NCBI GenBank assembly: GCA_002633005.1
Contig: NMRA01000482.1
Coordinates: 201,462-265,461, forward strand
Direction: 5' to 3'
Source of the DNA: Phoronis australis
Lineage: Eukaryota; Animalia; Phoronida
Length of the DNA: 64,000 bases
Numbering within the stretch: the first letter of the stretch is position 1; each line of letters opens with the position of its first letter. Under the pieces are notes generated by a model. The model ran no database searches and was not told the DNA's origin. It saw only the letters and a list, made by a program, of their open reading frames with translations. The position numbers and the translations under genes were made by a program. This document shows, piece after piece, positions 1-13,899 of the stretch.

Positions 1-1340
1 ATTACCATACTCATTTACATAGAATTAGTCTTGCAAAACGAGATTTTCGCGAGATTGTAATGGTAACTGGTTTTGGGATGGTTTCCAGCATACCGGAAGA
101 CCCGGAGTTGTTTATAAACTAGTGTTAAATTTGCATATTTTAATATGCAAAGTTGTTAAAACAACTTAATAAGACATGGCATCTTTAATGCGTCATGGCC
201 CACTTGTGCCCCCCTGGCTACTCCAGTCACCCGTGTGCCAGAAGAGAGACGCGGGTGTGGGATATTGGTGGCGACCTGGAGAGATATGTGGCACCCGTGA
301 AGTGCTACAGGAGGAGGGTGTCAAGGCTACCACCGAGGTGACACCATTATATTTTGCCCCGGTGAAATCAATATCTGGTCAGTTATAACAATTCTAAGAT
401 GTTATTTTTTCTGATGCCAACAGTTATTTTGAAAAAAAATGCTGGAAGAAAACCTTTGTGAATAACACACGAACTCTCAAGTATTTTTGTTTCTTTAAAT
501 ATGTCTAGTCAAAATATTCCTTCTATTTGCTTTCATGAAATATTACCAAAACTGAGATATTTGTGCACAAAACACAAGTAGGATTTAAAACCGAAGCTTT
601 ATGGTACTCACCGAAACTTCGGTGTATTGGGAAAGGTCAGAGCGAAACTTCGACGAAGTTATTAATAGATGTCGCGGCAACAACATAGGATGACTCAATG
701 AAAAATCCCGAAATTTGTTTTTGTTATTGTAGCTCTCAACACACGCATGTAAATAAATAAAGACACATCATGATAACAGTGGTCATTTTTATTGACACTG
801 GTAAATGACGAGACAGTGATTTTCAGTTAGTCTGAAAGTACGACTGAACTGCACCAGCTGATGTTGAGTCCGATGACTGAACAGCCATTTACCGATGACT
901 CCGATATCGTTGTCTAGTGAGAAAGGTAAGTGAAGTTACGGCGAATTTCGGTAAACCGAAGTTCCCCTAATACCAAAGCACCTTTATACCCACCAATCAA
1001 ACGGTTGTTTTTATTGTAATGAGACATAAGGCCATTAACTGTAAACTAACCAGGATAATTTTGCTTCGTTTGTATTAGTCTTATGGCCTATAATCTGATC
1101 AATCGATGACTATGCAAATACAATTAAAAATCAAAAAGCCACGATAGCCAGGACATAAAATAAATATGACAGAGAACATAAACTACAAAGAGTGGAAAAC
1201 TATTGGAAATGGCGACAATAAAAATAAGATTAAAACTACACTAACTTGTTAAATCACCTTTTATCAGTGATGTGTACATTTAATGGCTGCCTGCTTATGT
1301 TCAAAGACACTGTCTCAAATAAATCAAACCATTATAATCA

Positions 1341-1442
1341 TATAAATACTTTCAAATTCCACGTAGACGTATCAGTCTGCAGTTTCTGTCGGAATAAAAG
1401 TTTAACCATAAAATTTCTGCTTATTTACTCCATCATCTAACG
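1341..1442 (+). promoter_or_regulatory. Putative core promoter (TATA + Inr) and non-coding first exon, copy 1
   Basis: TATAAA at 1341, TCAGTC initiator-like motif at 1372-1377, donor CG|GTAAGT at 1443, and acceptor TACAG two bases before the ATG. Same layout in all copies. Confidence 0.65.
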
Positions 1443-1714
1443 GTAAGTCAATCAAAGGCTTTCAAGTACATTTCTAAAATAACCAAATAAGGAATAATAT
1501 AAGAAATCTGAAGATGCGGGAAAATGCAAGCATATCCACCTCGCAATACGTGAAATGTACCAAGTTATTTATTTATTTCCATATTTGAATGAATAGCTTA
1601 AAACTTTCCCATTTCTATTCTGTAATACACATACAGTAAAACTCTACACGGAAACGAGTTAAACGTTCTTACAGGCCTTGTTAGTGAAACTGTTACTCTA
1701 CGTAAATTACAGAT

Positions 1715-4700
1715 ATGAAGGCGACAGTTTGCTTGTTCGTCGTGGTTCTCTTGCTGGGAACGCTGTTTTGCCCTACCGTCAACACTGAAAACTCCGAGGA
1801 TGGTAGGTCATACATTTGTGACATGAGAACATCAAACATTAAAACGAAGTGTGTATCATCAATAATAGAAATTTTAATTGTTGTTCGAATGAAATTGAAC
1901 TACCAAAGCAGCGGTACTATGCTTTGCGTATATTGTATTCATTAGGTAAAGTTAGTGAAAATTCATACGCAAATTGAAGCCCTTTTTGTATTTAGGGCTT
2001 TAGATTCACCAAAATGAATTAAAGTGTCACTCAACATGGCGATCACCTCTAGAAACCATTATATTTAGGAAATGCTGATTCTGCAAATGTGACAACGTTT
2101 CCTAGAAATAGTATTAGTCTAAAATGGTTTAAGGATATCTCAATCCAATTCTCAAAAATGGCGATTTTTACAGTATTTCACACGTGACTCCATTCTCGGG
2201 GAACTTCAAATACAAAGTACATACCGTGTTGCCAGAAAAAAGATTTAGCAGAATCACCTTGGAACCGCACAACCGCGTGAAAATTTGTTTACTACTTTCC
2301 CGAGGTCACAGGTTACGGGACTGACACTCAAATCGAATGTCAACTAACCAAGCACAGAGCAGCTCCGTTTGTACCCTCAATCCTATCACTAAGCGAATCG
2401 CCACAATATTGCGTCAAACACGTGTACGTATGATATAATGTCAGGGAAAGCGAAGACAAAACATAACTCTGATCCTGAGAAAGTTATGTATTTGCATGTG
2501 CACGACAGTTCTGAATTGATACTACCAGTCACTTCACGTCTCTGTGACTTTGTATTCACGAACACAGCAAGTTGTGAACAGAGATAATCCTCACTCAAAT
2601 TCGTTAAGGTTTTCTCCAACCTTATTCAAAAAAATGTCCATTTTACAATATTTCACGTGTCTACTAAAATACCTTATCTTCATTCTCAGGGAACTTCAAA
2701 TACAAAATATATACTGCGTAGCGAGAAAAAAGATTTAACAGAACCACCTTGGAACCGCACAACCGTGCGCATACTTGCTTACTAATTATCCGAGGTCAAA
2801 GGTTAAAGTGCTTTCAATCAGATCCAATCTCCCGCCAGGTTCAGAACATTGAGACAACGAGCTGTACTTATGGTAGAATGGTTCCGGGGAAAACAAAGAC
2901 AAAACTACCGTAGTTTTGATCCTAAGGGAGTTGTGCGTCTACATCCACACCACCGTTCGCGTTGAGAACGAATGCTACTGTCGCCTCAGGCCTCTGAGGT
3001 CATGAACTCAGCAAATTGTGAAAAGAGAAAAATCCTCACCCTAATTCCTTCAAGACTTTGAGATTTTCACTTGTCCCAGTTTAATCGGCTTTTTCTAGGC
3101 TTCGGCAAATCGACTTCATTTGAACTTAAGAACACGAGTTCTCAAAAACGGGTCAGTGGATTTCGCTGAAACATCCAAATTTAATATTTACTCGTCAGTC
3201 TCGAAAACGCTGTTAGGATTTTAGATATAAAGGCCTATTCTTTGCGTAATGTAACAAAGACGAATACGACTTCCGTTTTTTACAATGATACCGTACCTTT
3301 TGGGAGGTGATTTATCATAGAAACCAAACAAAAAGACTAATCGAAAATTCCTAACAACGTTTTTGAGGTAACTGGTTAAGTTTTCATTTAAAAAAGTTTC
3401 ATTAAAATTTTGACTTCAAACAGGTTTTTACGTAAAAATAATAATGATACATTAATACAAAAACATTTCATATTCCTTAATCTTTTTTCTTTCAGAAAAT
3501 ATATACTTTTACTAGTTGACAAAGCTTAGTTTTTTGATATACGAGTTAGAATGAGGCCACTAAATAAGGTTGGAGATAACCTTAATTCGGGTAACATGAC
3601 ATTTCGCTGTTTTGATGTCGACGTGCTTTAACCACCGATCCGATTTCTGTATCCATTTCATTTTTGGGTTTCACATCAGTATCCTAGCGCATGATGTGCC
3701 TAACAATGAACTGTTGGCCTACTTTAAAGTGGACCATAATGCACACGCTTGACCCACTTATGTTGGATCTGCCCGTGACCTAGTTGGACATAACATTGAA
3801 ATTCGACTTGCTTTAATTAAAGGGTTTTGTGATAATTAAGTTAATTACGCGGTGCAAATTCAGATGACGTTGCGCGTTAATGTTGAAGTAATGAACGTGG
3901 CTAAGGCTTGTATGGGTTATTTTGACCGAAAACAAGTTTTCTACGAACAATTAACCAAAGACCATGAGACTTTCATCCCTCACGATTTAATCGGCCTTTT
4001 CTCGACTTCATCAATTCGACTTAATTTTAACTAAGGAACACTAGCTCTTGAAAACGACTCGGTAGATTTCTCATAAGCTTTCAAAACTTAATATTTATTC
4101 CTCAATCTCAAAAACTCTTTTAGCGTTTTCGATATAAAAGGCTAGATTTTGCGTAATGTAACAAAGGCGAATACAACTGCTACATTTTTATAAAAATATT
4201 TTACGTTTTGGGAGTTGATTTTTCATAGAATCAAAACGAAAAGACTAATCGAAAATCCCTGAACCCTGGTCAAGTTTTCATTTTAAAAAGTTTCAACAAA
4301 ATAGAGCGATGGGTTATTGTTCTATGAATATATTTTTCTTAAACATGAAAGTTTGACTTAAAAATGGTGTTAACGTAAGACCACGGTTATGAAGCTTCGG
4401 GTGGTGTTGTGACCAAAAAATTCATGAGCTTGGTCTGAAACAAGCTCAGAAATCACATTGACTTTGATTACGGAACAATTTTATAGGAATAAATCAAAAC
4501 TTGCTTACTGAAGCCAAAAACCCGCGTTTAATGTCTTTTTATGAAGGTTCGGTATAGTTTGGCAATACATCGCAGAAAAAACGTTGCTTTGAGGTAAATG
4601 AATAACTGACATTTTTTATTTCACGTAACAGGTTACCAAATAGATTTCATTCACTTTTGGCAAATTAGATTTGTCGTTGATTTCTTTTATTTTTTCAAAT

Positions 4701-6127
4701 ACTATAAATGTGGATTTGCCACCTGTAAAACGGCTGGGTGGGCCTCACCGAATTAGTCTTTCCGTCTAGACAGAGGCACCTCTGGTACAAAAAAAAATGA
4801 AATTAATATGAGCCACCTAAAATTAATATAATGATTGAAATCCTCAATGTTTTCGTTGCACGATGTCAGTTTTATGCTACATCAGCTTTATAGTTTCCCC
4901 ATTTACTGATTTTTTACGTCGGCGTAGGTAAACGATTTTTCTTAATTTTGACTACACTGTACGTCGCATTTTAGACTTTTCAAATAACTTATTTTTACAA
5001 ACAGCTGCACTCTTAAAGTATTTGAACCATTTAATTTAATTCTGAGCCAAGGTGTAGAATTTATCTTATCAATTAAGGTTCCAGTAATACCATTTTCGTC
5101 TATACTATACTTTTAACATAGGCGGCGCACCAGAGGGGGCTGAGGTGTGTAGCCTCCCCCTTTTTTCAGTGCTACTCCGCCCATGGGCTATAGGCGGTGC
5201 ACCGCAGGGGAGCTGTGATGGCTTTAGCCCCCACTTTTTCAGTGCTGCGCCGCCCATGTTGAATCCCAGGGTAACTTAACAACTGTTTCATTTCCGAACA
5301 GTAAATTCTTACCTCTCGAACGCAGAGTTGGATCCTGAGCTCCTTACCTATGCGTTCTAAAGGCTGGAAACGTGCGGAACTAATTTTTGGTCACATTACG
5401 TCTCATACTTAACCGTAAGACAAATAAAAAAGATAGAATGTTCGGAGAAGATTATAGGAAGCATGCAATGATAAATGAAACTGCGGTGAGTAATTGTTGT
5501 TTTGTTTTGTTTTATTAATAACAAATGAATAAATGAGTAATAATTTAGCAAAAAATCAACGTTCAGTAGTTTTTTTTTACTGTTTCTTTATCCTTGGTGT
5601 GGGTCTGTTAACTGCTCTTTTTCCTTAACTTCACGGTCTAAGGAATACCACAAGTTTCAAAAATCGCCTAACAGAGCAGTGATCTCATTCTCGCCGCCGA
5701 AGTAATGGAGATGTGATGGACTATTTCAAATGCGTTACGCTATCATATTTCAGCCGTTGAAGCAATTCGTTGGAGGCGATACGACAATATAGGGTCTTGT
5801 AGAAATTGGAGCGAATGCCACTCGAAGTGCAGGTATTGGACGTACAGCGGTGGTACCTGCAATGGCGGGAATTGTTACTGCTACTAGTAAGTTCAAAACA
5901 TGTGTGTCTTGTCCCTTATCCATTCCCTGTAACACCTAAATTAACACATTTTTCTCGTGAATGGATAGACCATATCAACTTTATAGCTATAGGATTCAGT
6001 GTACTGAACGACCTGTCGGTGCTCGTTCATTAGCAGTGCGTACATGTACATACTAACTGTCCAAATTGGAGATTTCATATCCAACTGATTATTTTAATGC
6101 ATTAATAAGTTCTTTTTGAATTCCAGG
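1715..6127 (+). CDS. CS-alpha-beta defensin-like secreted peptide precursor, copy 1 (73 aa; coding exons 1715-1802, 5754-5886, 6127)
   Basis: Exon 1715-1802 = MKATVCLFVVVLLLGTLFCPTVNTENSED+G, donor GTAGGT. Acceptor TTTCAG at 5753. Exon 5754-5886 = AVEAIRWRR/YDNIGSCRNWSECHSKCRYWTYSGGTCNGGNCYCY then TA|GTAAGT. The stop is completed by G at 6127 after TTCCAG (TAG at 5885-5887 if unspliced). AATAAA at 6212-6217. Confidence 0.9.
2140..4380. repeat. Local duplications inside intron 2 of copy 1
   Basis: About 2140-2350 recurs at 2610-2830 (GGAACTTCAAATACAAA...CCTTGGAACCGCACAACC), about 2440-2620 recurs at 2890-3050, and about 3080-3430 recurs at 3985-4380. Confidence 0.75.
5117..5258. mobile_element. 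Short MITE-like insertion (two head-to-tail ~70 bp units)
   Basis: Begins CATAGGCGGCGCA and ends TGCGCCGCCCATG (inverted termini). Absent at the homologous site in copies 2 and 3. A related sequence occurs at about 62560-62630. Confidence 0.6.
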
Positions 6128-6384
6128 TAAAGAGATTTACATTGCAGTAAAAGTGGAGGCATACATACGGAAACATTTCTTCTGCTTGTACGAGATCGTA
6201 AGTTGGGGCTAAATAAACGTTTCTGCTCTGCACTTGTAGTTTTGATGATCAGCAACACTTTGATAAAACGGGCCCAGGATCAAAGAGAGTCATACCGTGA
6301 AATACACGAAGCGTCTCTTTGAATACGCCACACGTGACACTTAGATTGTTTGAGGTGGGAGAAGTGACTGGGGGTATAAATACA

Positions 6385-6466
6385 CATACATACGTACATA
6401 CATACATACATACATACATACATGCATGCATACATACATACATACATACATACATGTAAATACATA
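6385..6466. repeat. (CATA)n microsatellite
   Basis: Direct reading. An expansion of the short CATACA tract seen in the other units. Confidence 0.95.
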
Positions 6467-6469
6467 CAC

Positions 6470-8967
6470 AAAACGGACCGAGAGTGCGCTAGTGGCGTAC
6501 ATGAAGTGATATCCCACGAGAACTGTACAGATCGTTCAGAAAATCAAATAACGTACGTTCAAGTGCTACAAAGAACAGTGCAAGAGTGTGGAAGACCTAA
6601 TTAAAAAGACAAAGCAAGACGATAAGATGAAAATTAGCTCCAATATCAAAAATGTGTCCAAAATTCTAATTAGGAATATTGGGATATAGTAAATAAAATT
6701 CGAGGACAGGTAAAGCAATCATCATAACCCACCATCCACTCCAAGTAATCCAACTATCAGGCGTCATCCAAAGCTGATAAAAGTAAGTTATTTATAGACC
6801 ATCAAGAGTCACATTGCACCGACAACAAACTTTCCCGAATTCCCAAACGGAACATTAGAACACCTGCCCAACCATCTGAAGTCAGAAAACTACTAGAAAA
6901 CAATGACGAAAACAAAAACGACGGTACTAATCCTATAACCAATAAAATGATCAGGATAATAGCAATGTATGTAACAAAATACTACAATCTGGACAATTTC
7001 CTTCGAAATGGAAGCTTGGCGTTATGATACCAATACACAAAAAGAACTCCAAAACAGACATTGCCAACTATCGCTCCATAACTCTACTTAACTCCTTATC
7101 CAAAACTTTACAAAAAATCATTTCTCAACATATGTTTGACCACCTCTCTTCACAAAACCTCATATATCGTCGCCAATTTGTGGATTCATGCCTGGTAACA
7201 GCACTGTGTTCCAACTCACAGAAATTGTACACGACATGCACCTCCAGTTTGAGCAAGGTTACAACGTGAGATCCGTATTTTTACACATTGCGTCAGCTTT
7301 TGATGTCGTTCCCCATGACCTGCTTCTACGTAAATTAGAATCTTACGGTTTCTCAGGCGCTCTCCTCTTACTTTTAAAATCATATCTGGAATATCGAACT
7401 TACAAAGTCCGAATTGAGGGTGACTTATCACCTTCATCAACGCCAGGTTTAGTAAATGCTGGAGCACCACAGGGTAGCGTACTAGGCCCCTTACTCTTTT
7501 TACTGTACATCAATGATCTTCCAGACCCAATAAACTCTAAAACATTCTTATATGCTGATGACACTGTAATTTTCCACCCATTCTCAAAGGAGCATCCCCA
7601 TGACTCCTTACAATTGCAAACTGGCCTTAACAAACTCTATGACTGGTCTTACAAGTGGAAGTTTAAATTTAAACCTGAAAAAAGTATTAATCTTATATTT
7701 TCTAAGTCTAATAACTCATTTCCAAACAAATCCCACGCTGGAATTATCACTCAATGGGGAAGTTATTCCCAATACGTTCACGCACAAACATCTTGGCTTG
7801 CTACTAGACAATAATCTTACATTTACTCCTCATTGTCGCGAACTTTTTCATAAAGTACAAAACTTAATTAATCCAATTAGAATTATCTCTCGTCATCTCA
7901 ACACTGTTCAAGTCTTGTGTACTTCCACATCTAGATTACCGTGATATAATCTACCAATCGGCAAACGCTGGCATACTTCTTCAATTAGAAAGACTACAAT
8001 ACTAAGCAGCTTTATCCAGAACAGGGGCATACAAAGGGTCCAACACAACCAAGGTTCTAAATAGTCTCAACTCCAGCAAACTAGCAACCCGTCGTAAACT
8101 CCACATGTCCATGTATATATTCAAAGTCTTAACCAACATAAAGAATTACTCTAACAAAATCCTCTTTGACTCCTGCAAAAGACCAAAAACGAGACCAGGA
8201 CTGCGGCAAAGTAATATGCACACCATTCCATCTTCCATCAGCCAAGCCTTCAGGAGAAAACGATATTAACTTGTATTGATCACTGGAATTCCTTACCATT
8301 CCAAATAAAAGAAAGCACTTCAATCGTCAATCTCAAAAATAACTTTAAAATGCACACCACTACTCAAGACTTACCAGTCCCATTGACATCATTCCAACTT
8401 GCCTCGCAACCACGACATAACCCTATACAGATCAAAATGCGGTCTATTCCTAAACAGCGAGAAATTTAGACATAATTATAATAACATTCCGCCTCTGTGT
8501 TCTTGTGGAGACACCCAGACATATCCTCATGTTTTCTTTACTTGTGAGGTATGCAAGGAGCAGAGGGTACAGCTTTTCCAGATACTCGTACAGTACCCCA
8601 ACGATTACAAAAAATATTCTGAAATTTCGCAATTGTACAACAAAATTAATTTTTTTCTAAACGGATGTCAAGAACTCAACCCAAATGGAAAAAAGGTTTT
8701 ATTCTAAATAGTATCAGAGTTTCTTTATAACATCATCTCTTTGTGTGAGTGGATAGAATAATGTACATGTGTATGAAAAGGAATTCTTTACATTCGTAAT
8801 CATATATCATTGTAATCTTAACATCAGTTTTTTAATTTATGTATTCGCGTATAATAATTGTATAGAGGCTTCTTTGTATTTTTTAACCCAGATCTAATGC
8901 TTCTTGGCGCTTTCTGGGTTATGTATATTCATTGTATTCTGAAGATTTCGTGATAAACATTAAAAAA
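6470..8967 (+). mobile_element. 5'-truncated, frameshifted non-LTR retrotransposon (CR1/L2/Jockey-like RT)
   Basis: Fragments PIHKK...[51 protein letters not shown] and C-terminal CSCG...HVFFTC spread over several frames, followed by an AT-rich tail. Confidence 0.9.
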
Positions 8968-11900
8968 GATATTATTCCCCTAGTTCCCTAAGTTTCTTTC
9001 AAAGACATTTTTTCGCCAGAATTTTTCAATACCTCGCTCAGACTGTTCACGTGGCAAATCACAGCCTATATGTATGTACTTGAGCGTTAGGTTACAAGTT
9101 TTTTCTAGTAAAGGAAAAAGTTTTAAATGTATCGATTCATTACCTGAAAAGAGATCACAACGAAGAAAACAAAGGTAACCGTGTATGAAACTTGTAACAT
9201 CGCCTGAAAATAGTTAAATAACAATATTTGATATTGTAGTTACCGAGGAATCGCCGTCTGAGTTGCAGACGATATCCATGCAATATTTATCACTTGAAAA
9301 CTGAGACAGAAATGTCATATAATTAACAGTCCTGTTCCAGATGTTACGATTGAGGCCTGATTGCATGATGAGTGTTATTTACACGGTTAAAATTACATTA
9401 GTTTAAGCTATTTTTCGAAAGTTTGATGATTGAACAGGCTAACGACGTCGAGACGACATCGACTTATCTTTTGAACTTTCCATGTCAGGAGTCACTGCTG
9501 AAGTAGTGCGGGAGGTAAATACGCAAAACCTTATTACATGGCCGCATTGCACTCGACTGATTCAACGCGTATGGGATAAAAACATGAACATGTGTCGTAC
9601 AAGGTTGGCTATAAATTAAACCACAGAACAGAACGTGATGAAAAGGAAATTTTCTCTGTACGCTTGGCTTATGTTGGCAATTTAGATCCAACAAAATTGG
9701 TCTAGAGTTGCCTTTTCACTTTTGCGGTTGGTTTCTGTCATCGAAATAAGCAATGACTCGTGATTGACAATCCTGTAAGAACATGGATGGCAATTTGACA
9801 CTCTCGTTACTTGCCCAAAGCAAGTTTTGGCATGACGATCGTTATTTTGGTGGTAAATCCGTGTTAAAAAACCTGGTCTCTTATACAGAAAGATAAATAA
9901 TATGAGACCACACCTTTCTTCAAGTACTCGTTGAAGCAACGAGTTGGATCTCCGAGTAATTTACTGTTATATACCTGTAGGAACTTAGAAGAGAAATGTG
10001 TAAATCCTGCTAACTTTAAAACATCATGTCTCAGAAATGACTAATCAGATTCATACGAAAGTTCTAGATACTATGATCTATGTTCTCCAAAACCATGAAA
10101 GGAGCCAATTCAGAAATTTTCCACTTTTCATAGGGGGCTACCAAAATGAAACTTTCATGATTTTCAAAACAAAATGGAAACGCACTGATAATTTAGAAAA
10201 CGGCAGCGTTTTTTGAGATTGTATCATGGCCATTAATAGTGTGCAAGATTAGGTCATGATATTGATACATGTAGGGGGCTTTGATATCGTGTAGCCTGCA
10301 TTACATGGTCACATGACTCCATCAGAGCAGCCGTGAATTCATGATTTTCGGTACACAAAAGCCAAAATCGTAATTTTGGGGGCATTTTTGTTGTCTCATT
10401 TTTCTGGTGGACGTAGCAAGGTAAGAAGACATGGCTTTGTTGAGTTACTTAATCTTTGAAGAATCTCATCGAATATAGCCTATTTTCTGTCGGTTAGGCG
10501 TTTTTCCGGTGACTTGAGACAGTCTACTAAAAAGGGCTTTCATTGGCCTAGACCAGTGATAAGATCAAGATCAGCCACTAGAACTGTGGTCTTTTCCCTT
10601 GCCTCCCTCTCTGATGATATATAGGATTACCAGTCCTTTATATCATTCTCCACTACACGTATTTCCAGAGTATGTCACGGAGCTTTGATGAACTCCACAG
10701 TGGGGCGGACTAAACGTTGAAGATTCTTTCTCTAATAAGTCCGTTACAGATTTTTAGCTTTTCCTGTATTTTACCAATCAACTTGGTGTCTTCTAATTTA
10801 CATCGATTTTTTATTTTATTAAATGTCTCCGCTGCATTTTGTCACACTTGGTGAACGCATCCAAATGTCCGTTTAAAAGCAGTTATAAACATGTTCAGTT
10901 TCGTGAAACCTCTTCGAGGAATGTGCGACATAGAGTAATGGAAATTTGATGGGATTGCCTTGTATTGCACATTTTACATTTCTATGGTGCTCTCAGGGTC
11001 TTATACTGTCGGAAAGACACACGCTCTTATACATGCACACGATATAACAGCTACCCGATATTCAAAGCAAAAAACAAAGAGAACATACACTGTAAATGCA
11101 AATTCGGATTTTCTCTACTACAAGGATTATCATTATCATTTTTAAGAACGTAGTCCTAACTTTTACAAAACTCTTTCATGTTACAACAATGCCGAATCGT
11201 TTTTGTGCAGTTTATTTGGCGCGGATACGAACCGATATGATCTCGCGAGATCCAGCCTCATCACTGATTAGTCTAGACTTAATCCGCAATCTAGTGTTTC
11301 CACAGATGGAATCGTAAGTGCCGTCCACACACAGACTTGCAATGAAAAAAGTTACTCCTGGAACGAGTTGTATGCTTGGTTTTTGTCCAACTTGCTCAAT
11401 CCACCTTATCGAGGTAGGATAACTTGTTTTAGGGTAACTTGCCCCATTTCTAATCGCTGTGTGGCTGCAAACCTGTGTCAAGGCGGAAGTAATTATGAGC
11501 TACGGTTGCATTTAGAGACACAGAATAGTTCACAATGGGCAGAGCCTAGCAGGACACATATTAATGGACTTGTCATGCACAGAGCGACAACTTTCATCTT
11601 GTGCTGGTTAATAGATGTGTATGGACGCTCCACTTGGAGGCAAGCATGTTCTTCCAAGAGTAAGTCTGTGTAGAGGCGGGGCCTTGGACATCTAAATATT
11701 TTAGATGCCTTTGGTTTGAATCATTAGTTCGCCGTATGTTAGACCACCGATGGCTCACTTACATTGAATTTGTTGTTTTGATTATTTGTATTGATCGAGT
11801 GTTTTTAACTGCCACAGTATGTCTCATTAAAACCGTGAATTTTAAATTTGTAGCAAGCTCCACCTTGTGACTTCCACTGTGTGAAGAAGTATATTAATCA

Positions 11901-12299
11901 GGAAAAGAAACAATTTGTAATTAAATCACGGTTTTAAAAAAAACATCACAACTAATGGACTGAAAAACAAGTGTGAACATAAAGAACGGCCCATTAATTT
12001 CAAACATTGCGCAATTGTTATTTGATACTGAAATGGACAAATAGTAAAAACTGTGCCTTGTTTCACTAGGGTAGCAATGGCATATTACCTTACTCATTTA
12101 CATAAAAATAGTCTTTCCAAACGAAACTTTCGCGAGATTGTAATGGTAACTGGTTTTTGGATGGTTTCTGACATAAGAAGACCCTGGGTTGTTTGTAAAC
12201 TAGTACTTAATTTGCATATTCATAGTTTAACGAGACATGTCTTGTTGAAACGCAAACGCCAACGCGTGAGTCACCAGAGGTTACAGGTTTGCGCTCCCG

Positions 12300-13850
12300 T
12301 AAATTGGGGCCAAAGGTATGCAAAACGTTATGAATGAATTTCCCTTCAACTCTGTCATGCGCTTTTTTGAAGTCCAAAAAATAGGATGTGGCCTTGAATT
12401 TTATTTAAGTTTTTATATGCAATAACATCTTCTATTATTCTTATGTTGTAACCAATAAATCTCCTTTAACAGCACTACACTGTATGTATCAACTCCTGCA
12501 TACAAGTACTTAAACGTGACGTCAGAAATTTGATTAACAGTTTGTAATCAATGTTTAACAATGTTATTGGTCTCCAGATATCTAATGGCTGTAATTCTAA
12601 GTCATCTTTAGACTTACATGTAGGTGTAAGAGTTACAACTCCTATATTTTGTGAGGGAGACAAACTTCCAACGTCAAGGCTGTATTCAAAACGCTCAAAA
12701 AGAGGATCTTTAATTTCTTCCCAAAAAACATTTATAAAATTCATAACTCAAACCATCCGTTCCTGGCGATTTGTAGTTCTTAGAGAATTTTTGAAAGGTT
12801 AATAAAATTCAGCTTGTGTAAAATCCCTATCCAGAAATTCAGCATCATCGACTGATAGAGTGTCAGGCAATTCAGACATATTGAGAAATTTGAATTTGTT
12901 TCTAAGTTGCTATTATCACTGCTATACAACTTGGATAAATAATCACGTATCCCTTCTTTATTAAGCCCTGACCTCTAATTAATTGTCCATTATTATCTTT
13001 AAGTTCAGTAATACAATTTTTCTTGTAGTTTCTTTTTTAGTGTTGCCAAAATAGTTAGCGTTACCTTCTCCATTTTCTATCCAATGAGCTCTACGTCTTC
13101 ACCTCTCCTTTTACTTTTTGGGTCTGCAATAATTGTAATTCTACTCTGGCTCTGTCCAAGCCTTCCATGGCTTCATTATAGTTATTCTTCTCTAATTCCA
13201 CAGAAAAATTATTTACCAAATTAATGAGTTCCTGCCCTCTGTTATTATCAAACTTCCTTTTTTTGTTTTGAAAAAGTGTGGTGTGCTTCCTGATTTTCCT
13301 TTTTACCGTGATTTCCCATTTTGTATGTTTATTGGTTAAGTTTGCATATTCCTTGACCAGTTTTTTAATAACTTCCTTCAAATTCTTACCATAGACATTA
13401 TTTTCTAAAAGGCTGTTCTTAAGTTTCCACAAACCAGGCCCTGTAGCACAAATCTCATTGATTGTAATTGTGATTTTAACAGCAGCATGGTCAGAATATA
13501 TAAAATCGTTAAGAATACTATTTTTAATATGATCTTTAAAAAATAAAGCCAATAATCAATTCTACTTTTGGACTTAAAGTACTTAATATGCCATGTAAAT
13601 TGTTTCTCACCACGATGTTGATACCTCCAAATATCAAAAAGATATACTTTTCAGATAAATTATTTATACGGTTTATAACAACGTGCTTGTAGCTTGGGTC
13701 CATCAGCCCCTGTTTGTCTATTTCTCCTAAGGGACAGTTATAATCCCCTGCACAGAAGATATCATTGCTATTTTCATATTTGGATAAAACAGAATCTATT
13801 TTATATAGAAACGATAGTTGAGACGCATTTTCGTTCGGACAGTAAATATT
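12300..13850 (-). mobile_element. Tx1/L1-like LINE ORF2 fragment (AP endonuclease end to RT start), degenerate
   Basis: SDH motif, GPGLWKLKNSLL and WRPITLLNIDYKLL in ORFs 13091-13552 and 12475-12744. Stops and frameshifts present. Confidence 0.85.
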
Positions 13851-13899
13851 TTAAAAAAAGGAGAGGTAACTAGAACTAATGAATAGAAATTGCAAAATC

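Noticed and set aside
1715-1945. Unspliced 76-aa ORF (and 31690-31905) as a complete single-exon gene
   Set aside because: Read-through beyond the GT donor is not conserved in frame or length among copies. Only the first 88 nt are exon.
5750-5935. Recurrent minus-strand ORFs (5750-5935, 20354-20569, 33513-33722, 49533-49817, 49637-49834, 61914-62099) that look like a conserved protein family
   Set aside because: They are antisense shadows of the + strand mature-peptide exon. Starts, frames and lengths are inconsistent between copies, whereas the + strand has splice sites and invariant cysteines.
6249-6604. MYVCMYVC/HTYIHT ORFs
   Set aside because: Translation of the (CATA)n microsatellite.
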